NCBI RefSeq assembly: GCF_006345805.1
Contig: NC_043004.1
Coordinates: forward strand, 34,596,001-34,660,000
Direction of reading: 5' to 3'
DNA from: Octopus sinensis
Lineage: Eukaryota
Length of the DNA: 64,000 nucleotides
Made by a program: the position numbers and the translations under genes. A model generated the notes under the pieces. That model was not told where the DNA came from, searched no databases, and saw only the letters and a program-made list of their open reading frames with translations. Positions 24,172 to 36,832 of this stretch are shown piece after piece. Position 1 is the stretch's first letter; each line of letters starts with the position of its first letter.

Positions 24172-24660
24172 TATAATAATAATAGTAATCCTTTCTACTA
24201 TAGGTTCAAGACCTGAAATTTTTGGGGAAAGGGAAAGTCAATTAAATCGACCCTAGTACTAAACTGGTACCTGTTTAATTAAACCCGAAAAGAGGAAAGC
24301 CAAAGTCAACCTCAGAAGAATTTGAACTCAGCATGTGCAGATTGAAAGAATGTCGCTAAGCATTTTGCCCAGCATGCTAATGACTCAGCCAGCTTCCCAT
24401 AATGATAATGATAATATTGGTTTCAAATTTTGGCACAAGGCCAGCAATTTTAGGGGAGCGGAGGAAGTTGACTGCATTGACCCCAGTGCTCAACTGGAGT
24501 TTATTTCATTGACCCCCCCCCCACACACACACACACACCCCAGAAGAAGGAAAGGCAAAATTGACCTTGGTAGAATTTGAACTCAGAACCTAAAGACAGA
24601 CAAAATGCTGCTAAGCATTTTGCCCGGTGTGCTAACGATTCTGCCAGCTCACTGCCTTAT
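23270..24660 (-). mobile_element. Head-to-tail cluster of about 6 SINE-A copies separated by (AAT)n/(AAC)n
   Basis: aaggcaaagt(t/c)gac..atttgaactcag recurs near 23285, 23727, 24035, 24297 and 24551, plus a partial copy at 23455-23620. Confidence 0.85.
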
Positions 24661-25596
24661 TGATAATAATAATAATAATAAATAATAATAATAATAATAA
24701 TAATAATATTAATCACCATTTTATGATGATTTCCCTTTACAATAAATATAGTCAAGTGTATACTTTTCAAACAGTTTTCCCCTCCCTAAAAATCTGATTC
24801 ATATGTATATACACACAAACGTGTATACATACATTTGTGTGCGTGTGGTTGTATTTATATGTATATTTATGTATGTACAGATATGTATGAGCATAAATAT
24901 ACATATATGCACACATAAACATATAAATATATATATACATATATATGTTTGTGTATGTGTGTATACACCCACACACACATGTAATTATATACATGTCTGT
25001 GTGTGCGCACATGTGTGTAAATATACATGCATAAATATATGTGTAGGTATATATATATGCATATCTATCTATCTATCTATATATATATATATACATATAT
25101 ATATCTAAATTTATATATATAAATTTATATATACATATATATATATATATAAATAGATAGATAAATAGATATATACATATATACATACATATATAATATA
25201 TATACATCTACCTATATATACACATACACATATATACATACACACATATGTATGTGTATGTATCTATGTATGTACACACATATACACACACACACACACG
25301 CACACACACACATACACATATATGTATGTATGTGTTTCTCTCTCTAAGACAGATAGATAAACTGCTATCAGAATGATATAATCACAATGGCTTGCAGTTT
25401 ATATTTTAGTTTCCTTTTTTTTTTACATTCTTTATATTCTATTTTCTTTTTTTCTTTTTATTCAAGAAGATCAAATGTATTCATATCATTTTATATTAGT
25501 AATTTTTTTATGTTTCCGATCAATTGACGTTAGTTTTTAACCAAAATGCTCTGCAGTAATATCTTTTGCAATCTTATTATTATTATTATTTTTTTT

Positions 25597-25655
<59 letters not shown>

Positions 25656-25658
25656 ATG

Positions 25659-25708
<50 letters not shown>

Positions 25709-27644
25709 CTGTTTCTTTGTTTTTGGGTGAATTTTTTTTTATGATTGTTTATTTTCTCTTCTTTCTGCACCAGTAATTGTAAAAGCTATAGCAAGCAAAT
25801 CATGACATTTCCCCCCATAAATATATATGTTTTTTTTTGTGGTGTTTTGTTTTGTTTCTTTGTTTTGTTTGTTTAACATATTTCGCCTTCATACTTCATA
25901 TACTTAAAATTACTGATTGGAGATGGAAGAGATAAAGATATATACTTTAAAATTCAAAGCATAACCATATGATAAAAAAGAATTATGCTCTGCTTCTTGG
26001 GCTGTGTTGTGCATATTAAGTGTGTACGCTTTCTGAGAACCGTTCTTGGCAATCAGTGGAAATACAACTACAAGAATAAACAGACATTTTAAAACCATAT
26101 ATATATATATATATATATAAAAAAAGCATAACCTCCAACAGAAAATACGTAGCTACAATCATCTATAATTTCTCAATAGACAAATGTACTGTGTTCTTTT
26201 TATTAAATTGTTTATTTTATTATCCTTGTTTTGTTATTGTGAAAGAACACATGAAAGATTATACAGGGGGTTTCTATGTTTTGCTTGTTATATCATTGTT
26301 GCCTTATATTAACAATGATAACACTTATCTCAGAAATCTCACCGATATCATCAGCATCATTGCCACTATCAACTCATTACATCGTTTTAGCTGAAAATCT
26401 CTGAATATAACAATGAAAACCAGGGAATAAACAAAACATGCTTACAATTACAGTTAACTCATGCTTGTCTACAGATTCATGCACATTACTTGTGAAGAAT
26501 ACAAGTGTACCAACTTAAAATGACACATCTACTAACACAGATCACTCTGCACTCTGCATAGACAAAATACAAGTTGAGAGGCAAAAAAAAAAAACCACAT
26601 GCTCATTGTGTTTGTTTGTTTTTTGTTTTTTCTATGGCTCTCCTTGTTAATTAACTGCTTATTTTATTTATTTGTTGTTATTATTTTTGGCTTACTTTTA
26701 CCAAATTAGTATTCTTTTGTTTGACAAGGCATTTCATTATGATGTATTATTTCTTCATGTCTAATACCTCTCTTGTTTTACTTTTGTGTCTAGTTTTTTT
26801 TTGTGTTATGTTGTTGTTTGAAGTAGTTGAAGCTCCTGTTAGGTTTTCCTTTCTTTTATTTTTTTTGTCTTTTTAGTAATAGGAAATACCAATAACAAAC
26901 AAACAAATAAAAAAAGCAGATAGAAAAATAAATTAGAAGCTTTTAAGACGAGATGATTTTCATGATTTCCATGACAGAATGAACTTCCTTATAAGAAATT
27001 CTAATGCAGCATCATTAATAAAAAATGCTGCACTACAGATTCCAAATAAAAAAAAAAATGAAAAGAGAGAGAAAGAAAAAAAAATGAAAATTGTATTTTC
27101 TATCTTAAAACCATGATTAGAATTATTGTTTTTTATTTTCCTAGTTTTCATTTTTGCTGCAAGTGAAGACTATTAGAAGCAGTTGTAGTTGATGCTATTT
27201 TGATAGCTGGAGACATTAAGTGTGAAGAATTGACTCAGCATTGATGTTTTACACTAGCAGTACTAATGTCCCAGCACTCAGTCACAATTGTATCATCGCT
27301 AAACACTTCATCTCTATGAAATAATTTAAGCTAGCTTTAGCCTTCATTATCCCAAGAGAATGACTGCAGTTTAGTAATCATTAATTAATTACTCAACACC
27401 ATTTTCTACACTGTTGTTTCTCATGATAAACTCAGCTGCCATTTGGAACAATCTAATGAGACAAAGACTGTGTAAAACATATAAAGGAATCCCTGTAGCA
27501 TTACCAAAGATTATCAACAAAGAAATACAGCCAGGTATCTTTAATCAACAGCAAAAGTGACTGCATGAATTCCATTATATTTTAATTAACCAATTTGGAT
27601 TATAACAAAAATCAGCAGATTTCCCCATACTCTCTCTCTCTCTT

Positions 27645-28064
27645 TTTTTACTCTTTTAGTTGTTTCAGTCATTTGACTGTGGCCATGCTGGAGCACCGCC
27701 TTTAGTCGAGCAAATCGACCTCAGGACTTATTCTTTGTAAGCCCAGTACTTATTCTATCGGTCTCTTTTGCCGAACCACTAAGTTACGGGGACATAAACA
27801 CACCAGCATCGGTTGTCAAGCAATGCTAAGGGGACAAACACGCACACAAACGTACACGCACATATATATATATATATATATACATATATATACACATATA
27901 TAGGATGGGCTTCTTTCAGTTTCCGTCAACCAAATCCACTCACAAGGCTTTGGTCGGCCTGAGGCTATAGTAGAAGACACTTGCCCAAGGTGCCACGCAG
28001 TGGGACTGAACCCGGAACCATGTGGTTGGCAAGCAAGCTACTTACGACACAGCCACTCTTGCCC
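27645..28064 (-). mobile_element. SINE family B, full length
   Basis: Reverse complement of 39531-39940: gagtggctgtg..ggttccgggttcagtccc head, ggcggtgctccagcatggccacagtcaaatgactgaaac tail. Confidence 0.92.
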
Positions 28065-28751
28065 CATAGCTCAAATATTAAGGATACTTTGGACGGTGTG
28101 TGGCAAAGTATTTTTTTTTCCAAAGTAGTTTTTTAAGAAATTGTTGAGATAAAAAAAAATGTCTTTCGCGAGAAAGTTTTCGAAGCCTCTCTGTCCAGCC
28201 AATGTTTTAATTTGTCAACCATCAATCTTACAGAAACTTACAGTTCAGTATGTTAATTGATCTTGACCATTTCTGCAAAAACGAGTTATTTCTAGACATT
28301 GTTGATTTCATGCTACTGGTATATGAGATGACAAAAAATGAGAGTGACTGACCTAGCACCAAGTAAATTGAACTGATATCTGGAGTGTAACACTTAAGAA
28401 ATCAAAATAGTAACAACAATTTTAACATGGAAAACCAGTTCCTCAAACCATATTTTCTAACTTGTAAGCTGGCTCCAAAAAAAGAAGCTGAAATTCCATA
28501 TATCAAAAAGATTGGTAGCGGGGTGGCAAGTCGAAATGGTTACAGAATATGCCTGTCTATACAGAATGGATATTTTACACTCATAGCTGAAGGCAGCAGA
28601 ATGATTGCAGTTGATGAAAATAGTTGTGAAAAATAATGGCCATCAACAGCTTACATAGCAGGAGACACTATGCTATAACAAAAGTATTTGAATACACCAA
28701 ATGGGCACCAAAAACCATGTGGTTTGGAATTTATGGCACTCAGCCATTAAG

Positions 28752-28980
28752 GCGGCGAGCTGGCAGAAACGTTAGCACGCCGGACAAAATGCTTAGTGGT
28801 ATTTCGTTAGCCGCTACATTCTGAGTTCAAATTCCGCTGAGGTCGACTTTGCCTTTCATCCTTTTGGGGTCGATTAAATAATTACCAGTTACGCACTGGC
28901 ATCGATATAATTGACTTAATCCGTTTGTCTGTCCTTGTTTGTCCCCTCTGTGTTTAGCCCCTTATAGTAGTAAAGAAATA
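28752..28980 (+). mobile_element. SINE family A, young copy
   Basis: ggcggcgagctggcagaaacgttagcacgccgg..ctgagttcaaattccgctgaggtcgactttgcctttcatcc. Confidence 0.9.
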
Positions 28981-29404
28981 GGCATTCAACCATTAAACTC
29001 TCAGATAACTATTGAGAAATTGATTCCAGTTGCAATTAACACCTATTGGTGTTTTAATAAAACCAGTGCAGGGAAAGTCAACAAATGAATTCTCCTTCTA
29101 CTCCCACAAACCCAGTCACCCCTCAGCCACCCCCAATGCTCTGTCCCTGTTCTCTTTCTATCTACTTTTGAGTATCTTCACACCTCATCTCCATCATTCT
29201 TTCTTCTTTTCCTGTTAAAGTAGCCATATCTCTCCTCTACAGCAATACACCTGCTGCCCCACCTCTCTCTCTCTATCATACCCTAACCTCTCAACACCTA
29301 GCATAAAGCCACCTCCCTTAATACTACACCCTCACTCTGTTGAAGGATCTTTTCTTGTGAGATTTCTCTTGCGTTCGTGTCATGAAGAAGCATACAATAC
29401 ATTC

Positions 29405-30000
29405 TGTGAATCACCATCATTTAGTGTCCACTTCCCATGCTGGCATGGGTTGGACAATGTGACCAGAGCTGGCAAGCTGGGGAGTTGCACCAGACTCAAG
29501 TCTCATTTGGTATGGTTTCTACAGAGTGTGCTGGGTGCTTTTACATGGGATTGCATGAGAGCTTTCACATGGTGCCACCCGCACATTTATGTGACATTGC
29601 AGAGACACTTTTATGTGGTAACACATGGGTGCTTTTACATAGCGCTGCATGGGTGTTTTTACATAAAAGTGCCACATAAAAAGCACTGAACACATTCTGT
29701 AAAATGGTTGGCATTAGGAAGGGCATCTATCCATATAAAACCATGCTAAATCAGACTGGAGTTTGGTGCAGCTCTGATTAAACTGTCCAACCCGTGCCAC
29801 CATGGGTTGGACATACAGTAGTTGGCATTAGGAAAAACAAACCATATCAATGCAGACAATGGACCAAATGTAGTCAGACCATCTGCTCCATGCCAGCAGG
29901 AAATACATCATCATCATCGTCATTTAACGTCCATTTTCCATGCTGGCATGGGTTGGACAGTTTGGCTGAGGTCTGAAGAGCCAGTGGCTACACTAGGCTC
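29405..30000. mobile_element. Cluster of degenerate RTE 3'-tail copies in alternating orientations
   Basis: ccatgctggcatgggttggac (minus-sense tail) at 29435 and 29938; ggttggcattaggaagggcat at 29706; (CAT)n junctions. Confidence 0.7.
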
Positions 30001-30391
30001 CAAGCGTATAAATGTATAAATGTATTATTTACATTTATCATAACATATACAATGGCTAATAAATCTATGGATATCTTGTATTGCAATGAAATGAAACACT
30101 GCTAGCACATGTATAATTTAATCATCAGCCAGGAAAGAGTTGAATATGCAAATTAAGCTGTAATTCTTCAGTTTAATTTAACCTCTAATATTAACAGTTT
30201 CGTAAGCAATGCATTCATTGGTAGTTAAGAGAGGGGCACGGTTGTTGGAGATGATTCTCTCTTTTTCTCTTCATTAACATATCATATAGACATATTGTTT
30301 ACAATCATCATAATGCAGAGTGTTGGCTAATATATTCATAGATATGTTCTATAGAACGTTATATATAATTGTAATATAAAATACATTATAA

Positions 30392-30750
30392 AGGAGTGGA
30401 TGTGTAGTAAGTAGCTTGCTTACCAACCACATGGTTCAGTCCTACTGCATGGCACCTTGGGCAAGTGTCTTCTACTATAGCCTCAGGCTGACCAAAGCCT
30501 TGCGAGTGGTTTTGGTAGATGGAAACTGAAAGAAGCCCGTCGTATATATGTGTGTGTGTTTGTCCGCCAACATTGCTTGATAACCAATGTTGGTGCGTTT
30601 ACATCCCTGTAACTTAGCAGTTTTGCAAAACAATAAAACTGAATAGAATAAGTATTAGGCTTACAAAGAATAAGTCCTGGGGTCGATTTGTTTCGACTAA
30701 AGGCAGTGCTCTAGCATGGCCACAGTCAAATGACTGAAACAAATAAAAGA
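30392..30750 (+). mobile_element. SINE family B
   Basis: Collinear with 39531-39940. Confidence 0.9.
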
Positions 30751-31307
30751 ATATAATTATATATAATTGTATGATGATGATGATGATGATGATACTATAT
30801 GATATATTAATTTAAAATTGCTCATTGCAATCGCAACGACTGCTAGAGGCAAAGCCAATATCCAGTAGCATTATTGTGGCCCATTATTTCTAATGCAAGC
30901 TTTATCCCATAGTGATATAAGATTTCCAGATTCCCATATTTCATGTTCCATTGTTGATTAAAATAACTGATGCAAGATTATTGTAATCTTCAGAGGTTGT
31001 CCTGTTCCTTCTATTTAAGCCCTTTTACAAGCAAGGATGCTTATTAGATATACATTGGAAGTATCCTTTTGCCACCACTGGTATTATCAAAATATATGGC
31101 ATACATACAATAATTTATAAGTTAAATTTTATCTAATTTCTTGGTTCTTATACAAGATTATGAAATAAATATCTTTAAAATAAAAATATCTATTACCTAA
31201 AAATAATAAAAGTATTTTCTAATAGGTGTGTTTGTAATAAATATATGTTATAACTTGAAAGCTATGGAGTAATAACCAAATCAATTAGAAATAGAATTAA
31301 AAGAGAT

Positions 31308-32650
31308 AAGGAGCAGATCAGTTTTGTGCTGGATAGAGGTACTCCTGATGCTATCTTCCTAATTGGCTGCTGAAGTATTTAGCAGACAATAAATCTTTAT
31401 ACTTTCCATTCGTTGACCTGGAGAAAGCCTTTGGCAGAGCTCCTTGCTCTGTGATTTGGTGGTCTCTGAGGAAGCTAGGGATAGACAAATGGCTTGTCAA
31501 AGCTGTACAAGACATGTAGAGGGGTGCTGTCATAAGGTGAGAGTTAACCATGAGTACAGTGATGAATTTAGTGTAGAGGTGTGCGTCCACCGGGGCTCAG
31601 TTCCCAGTCCCTTTCTATTCATCATTGTCTTCCAGTCCATAGCAGAAGAATTCAGGACTGACTGCCTCTGGGAACTACTAGGGTATATGCTGATGATCTT
31701 ACCCTCATAGCTGAATCTGTAACAGAATTAGAAAAGAAAGACCTCAAAGTTAATTTAGCAAAGACTAAAGCTCTAGTAAGCAAAACAACAGATAGGACGC
31801 TATCCACTTCAAATAAATGGCCCTTCTCAATGTGTAGGAAAGATGTAGGCAGAAATTGCATATATTGTATCCAGTGCAAGCTAGAGATGCCCAAGAGGTG
31901 AAGTGAAATCACAGGAAGGTTAATGGAGAAAGCAGTTTTTGTATGTGGAAGATTCACAGTTGCCATAATGTCTGAGATCACACAAGAAATTGATTTTCTC
32001 AAACACCACAAAGACTCCTTAAAAGGCAGAAGATAGTTTCTGTTACTTTGGTGACCTAATTAGCAGTAGGGAAAGATGTTCTGAAAGTACAGTCACAAGA
32101 ATTAGAAAAGGATGGATAAACTTGTGACAGCTATTACCTCTTTTGGCAGGGATGAAGATCTCTCTCTGAGTGAAAGGAAGATTGTATGATGTTTGTGTAT
32201 GTAGCAATGCTACATGGCAGTGAAACATGGACCCTAAATGCAGAGGACATGTAAAGACTGAAAATGAATGGAGTTTATATGTTCTACTGAATGTCAATTG
32301 TTAATGTTCCATGATGTACAACAACATGTAAATGTATTGAAAGAAAAATTAGGCATAAAAAGGTATCGTCTGTAGTGTGCAAGAGAGAAGACTATGATGG
32401 TTTAATCATGTGATGCCTATAGATGAGAACTCTTGCATAACAAAGTGATGTTCACATACAGGGGATGGAACTGGTGGAAGAGGGAAACCCACGGAAACAT
32501 TTTGTTGAAGGCTGATCTCAAGATGTTGAGCCTTATGGAGATGACAAAGGGCTGGGATGATTGGTGTTTTGCTGTGCTCAAGAAGACACAACCATTTAAA
32601 AAATGAGATCTTAAAACTACCAAGTTATGCTCGTACGTGCAGGGCCCTGT
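31308..32650 (+). mobile_element. Degenerate RTE-clade LINE (RT to C-terminus)
   Basis: FVDLEKAFGRAP, VCVHRGSVPSPFLF, YADDL-like, KWPFSMCRKDVGRNCIYCIQCKL, GLSL*VKGRLYDVC; many stops and frameshifts. Confidence 0.85.
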
Positions 32651-33659
32651 TTCCACTCCTCTCTCTTTGACTAGTCAAGCCTTTTCTCACCCTCATTTTC
32701 CTCCCTTGCTCATCTATGGTACTCACCTGAAAGCACAATCAGCACGTATTCCATTGCACTCCCCACTCCCCACTTCTATTCCTCGTGAGTATGGTAGGAC
32801 TCATAATTTAGATTCTATATCAAAACCATGTTGCCTCCTGAAACAGCTTCCTTAACACCTGTTTCTGTACGTTTTGTTAGAATGTGTATTCATGAAAAAT
32901 AAACTTATTTTTTTCTTTCCCGATAATGAATTGCACAGATTTACGTAGGAAGTATGTATGGCACAGTGAAGCTTGAATACCTTTCAGTTGTTGCTACAGA
33001 ATGAAAGTTTTATCTGAGTGTTGGCATTGGACAAAGTTATATATTCAAAATGTTCCATATAGATTATGAGAATAGGCTATATTCCAATTTTTTTTATATA
33101 TCTATCCCATCTTCCAGTTGAAAACTAGACATTCTTATGCATAGTCTCTGAATTTATATGGAATTTAATTTCAGATGCTAATTTTGTCTTTCATTTGAGA
33201 ATTTTCAAAACTATTTTCTCCTTAATGCTGTAAAATGAAAATACCTTCTCATTGTGGATAGATTAATCCCATCATTTAATAGAATGTGATGGACACATCC
33301 TTGATCAGCTTAACACAATTTTCAGACATTATTTTATGAGGCAGTTTTACAAATAAATAGTAAAATAATGGCCAGGAGTTGATTGAGAAAAGAGTAGAGT
33401 AAATAACATCCAAAACTGACAATTATCTCAACAATGTTAAAACCTATTTCAAGCATGTTTGTAACTGACATCCAATGTATTTGTGCTAAAGTTTACAACA
33501 AAAATAGGACAAGCTCTAGGATTAGAATAATGGATCATTGAGAGAAAAGTTTTAATCAAAGGTAAAACGTGACATTCGAAAAATGTAGAATGGCTACAGT
33601 GAGAAATGGAAACTTTACACAGCTAAGTGACAAAGTTTCCTTTATAGAGGAAAACCATA

Positions 33660-33910
33660 GCAGAGGCTATAAGAAATATATTTCTTTACTACCCACAAGG
33701 GGTTAAACACAGAAGGGACAAACAAGGACAGACAAATGGATTAAGTCGATTATATCGATCCCAGTGTGTAACTGATATTTATTTAATCAACCCCGAAAGG
33801 ATGAAAGGCAAAGTCGATCTCGGTGGAATTTGAACTCAGAATGTAGCGATAGACAAAATACCGCTAAGCATTTTTTCCGGCATGCTAACGTTTCTGCCAG
33901 CTCACCGGGT
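33660..33910 (-). mobile_element. SINE family A
   Basis: Reverse complement of the 28752-28980 family. Confidence 0.9.
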
Positions 33911-34986
33911 GCGTACAGTACTGGCTGGGATTCCCCTCAGTAAACTTTAATGTTGTCCATCCATACCATAAGGATTAAGGAAGATAGAAACCTAGGTTAA
34001 ATAAAGGTTTATGACTTCATCTCCCTTCTGAACACATGTACATCGCATTTAGTAAGAAACAAAGACTTAGCTATTTGAAACATACACAAATATATGAAAA
34101 TTTGTAAATAATGGTAAAGACAACCTGGACCAAGAGTTATTTGGAAGTCCACAAGGAGGTCAAACCTTTTTCATAGAACTTATAACAGAGTTGAATTGAG
34201 TGAGGTGAATCAGAACGAAAATTATTTAAAAAATTGAGTTTTCCCATGAAAGTGATCTTGACTATGTATCACCACACAATTCCAGTAAACAGAATTGGAT
34301 TCTTAGATATTCTTCAGTAAACTATCATCTCAGCTTTCTGCTACATACAAGTCTTGAAAATAGTTTTCTCTTTCTCTTTCTCTTTAACATGGATGCTGTC
34401 AGAACATATTTTATATGTATCACAATGTCAGCCTCCATTTGCCTGCATGATCAGCCACCGCTTTAAAAATACCAAACAGAAGAGAAATTCCTAGACTTCA
34501 GTGTGGCAGAATCAAAACATTTTAAGCCAAGAGCTATAACATTCTTCATTGAAACAACAAACAAACTATAATCAGAAGAGTTTTTCAAAAATATCCTTGG
34601 AAATAGTATACAGAATCAGTTTACCTGTACTGCAGTACATAAAGACCAAAAACAAAAGAAACAAATAAAATCGAAAGAAATTTACAAAAACAAATCATTT
34701 TAAAAAATAATTTAAGTAAATTACTCGACTATTTTGAAAATGTCAGTCACATTTTCAAGCAGCTTCTGTTTGTCTGTTCCTCTCTTCCAGACCATCTTTT
34801 AACTTCGATCTTCTTCCAATATTGCTTTCTTTTTCTTTGCAGCTAACTACTTTTACTGGTTGCTAACTTTCTCTAGAATAATGTATATTTATTTCACCAG
34901 TCCTAATAGACCTTAGGTAATTTCCTGTCTGCCGTTCCTCTGCCATTCCTGTCCTTTCAATCACATCTTTCACATACTCTGTCACT

Positions 34987-35043
<57 letters not shown>

Positions 35044-35395
35044 TGCTTCTTTCATTTTCTATTTTTGTCACAGTCTATTACTCCATCTTTTATATTTGCT
35101 TTTTAAATTTTTCTTTATATATTGATGTCTTGCTTTCTATTTCTCTCAATCCTATTTCTTTTCTCTTTCTCATATATATATATTATTCTCTCTTTTTCTT
35201 TCATTCATTCTCTCTCTGCCCCACTCTTTCTTTCTTTCCTTTAACCTCTCACTCTTTATATTCTTGTTCTTACCTCCTCTCTCTCTCTACCCTCTCTCTT
35301 TCATAATCTCCTTTGCTTTTCTTTTTTTTTCCATTTTTCTCTTCTTCCATCTCTTTATACATGTGCACACAAACAAACTTTCATATATACAAGAG

Positions 35396-35434
<39 letters not shown>

Positions 35435-35910
35435 CACATATATATGCATACACACATTTATATATTTATACATACATATACACACATACATATAGGTATG
35501 TGTATAGATACATGTATACATTGTGTGTGTATGCACGTGTGTGGTGTATTTGTATGCACATATATTCTAAGTTTCTCTTCTCGTTATTATCATTCTTAAT
35601 TTATTTCAATTTTTCAGCATTTCCATCAGAATAGAAATCTCAGTTAATTTTTCTTTGAAACTGTTGTTATCATTGATGTTTATTTTATTTATTTCTTTTT
35701 TCTTCATAGCTGGGAAGGTCTTATATAATTACAAACTTATAGAATGTTTTCAATCATCCTAAATTTGAATATTTTTGTTGGTGTCTGTCTGATTCCGAAG
35801 TCACAAGATTTGATTCAAGTTTGCATCAAACCTGTAAATCAAATATCCACTCTGCTCTACAGTCAAAAGAAATACACACACACACATATATATATACATC
35901 GGTATATGTG

Positions 35911-36000
<90 letters not shown>

Positions 36001-36003
36001 ATG

Positions 36004-36035
<32 letters not shown>

Positions 36036-36429
36036 TATAATATATATAATATATATATATATTATATATATATATATGTATATATATATATAACCAGCTT
36101 CAACAACAACAAAAGCTCCTGCTGAAGCAGTGATGCCCTTTCTAGAAAAGTGATCAATCATTGATTAACTTGCAATTTTCCCTTCACACAGAGACAGTGT
36201 TTTTGTTGGTCAACTGAAATTAGTCCATCACTCAGATTCAACCAGCTTAGCCATCTGTGAACCAACCTTCTTAGTCACTATTTACAGCAGAGTAATTACA
36301 TTGAAACCATTAGTCATCCAACAATTAATGATTTATCAAAATTAGCCATTGCCTAACTGATTTAACCATCCATTCATCAGCTAACCTTACTAAACAATCT
36401 TATATAGTCATTGCTTCAATTTTATTAAC

Positions 36430-36832
36430 CTATTTCTCTACTGCCCACAAGAGGCTAAACACAGAGAGGACAAACAAGGACAAACGGATTAAGTCAATTA
36501 TATCGACCCCAGTGCGTAACTGGTACTTATTTAATCGATCCTGAAAGGATGAAAGGCAAAGTTGACCTCGGCGGAATTTGAACTCAGAACGTACCAACAG
36601 AAGAAATACCTATTTTTTTACTACCCAGAAGGGGCTAAACACAGAGAAGACAGACAAACGGATTTAGTCGATTAGATTGACCCCAGTGCGTAACTGGTAC
36701 TTATTTAATCGACCCCGAGAGGATGAAAGGCAAATTTGATCTCAGCGGAATTTGAACTCAGAACGTGGCAGTAGATGAAATACCGCTAAGCATTTCGCCC
36801 TGCATGCTAACGATTCTGCCAGCTCGCCACCT
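36430..36832 (-). mobile_element. Dimeric SINE family A
   Basis: Two tandem cores (gaaaggcaaa..gaatttgaactcagaacgt near 36552 and 36724); same dimer layout as 53070-53465. Confidence 0.88.

Noticed and set aside
29337-29380. CTGTTGAAG after a pyrimidine-rich tract; similar PLE-like tails at 32660-32860 and 60030-60450
   Set aside because: Probably decayed PLE 3' ends, but no complete ribozyme core can be drawn.
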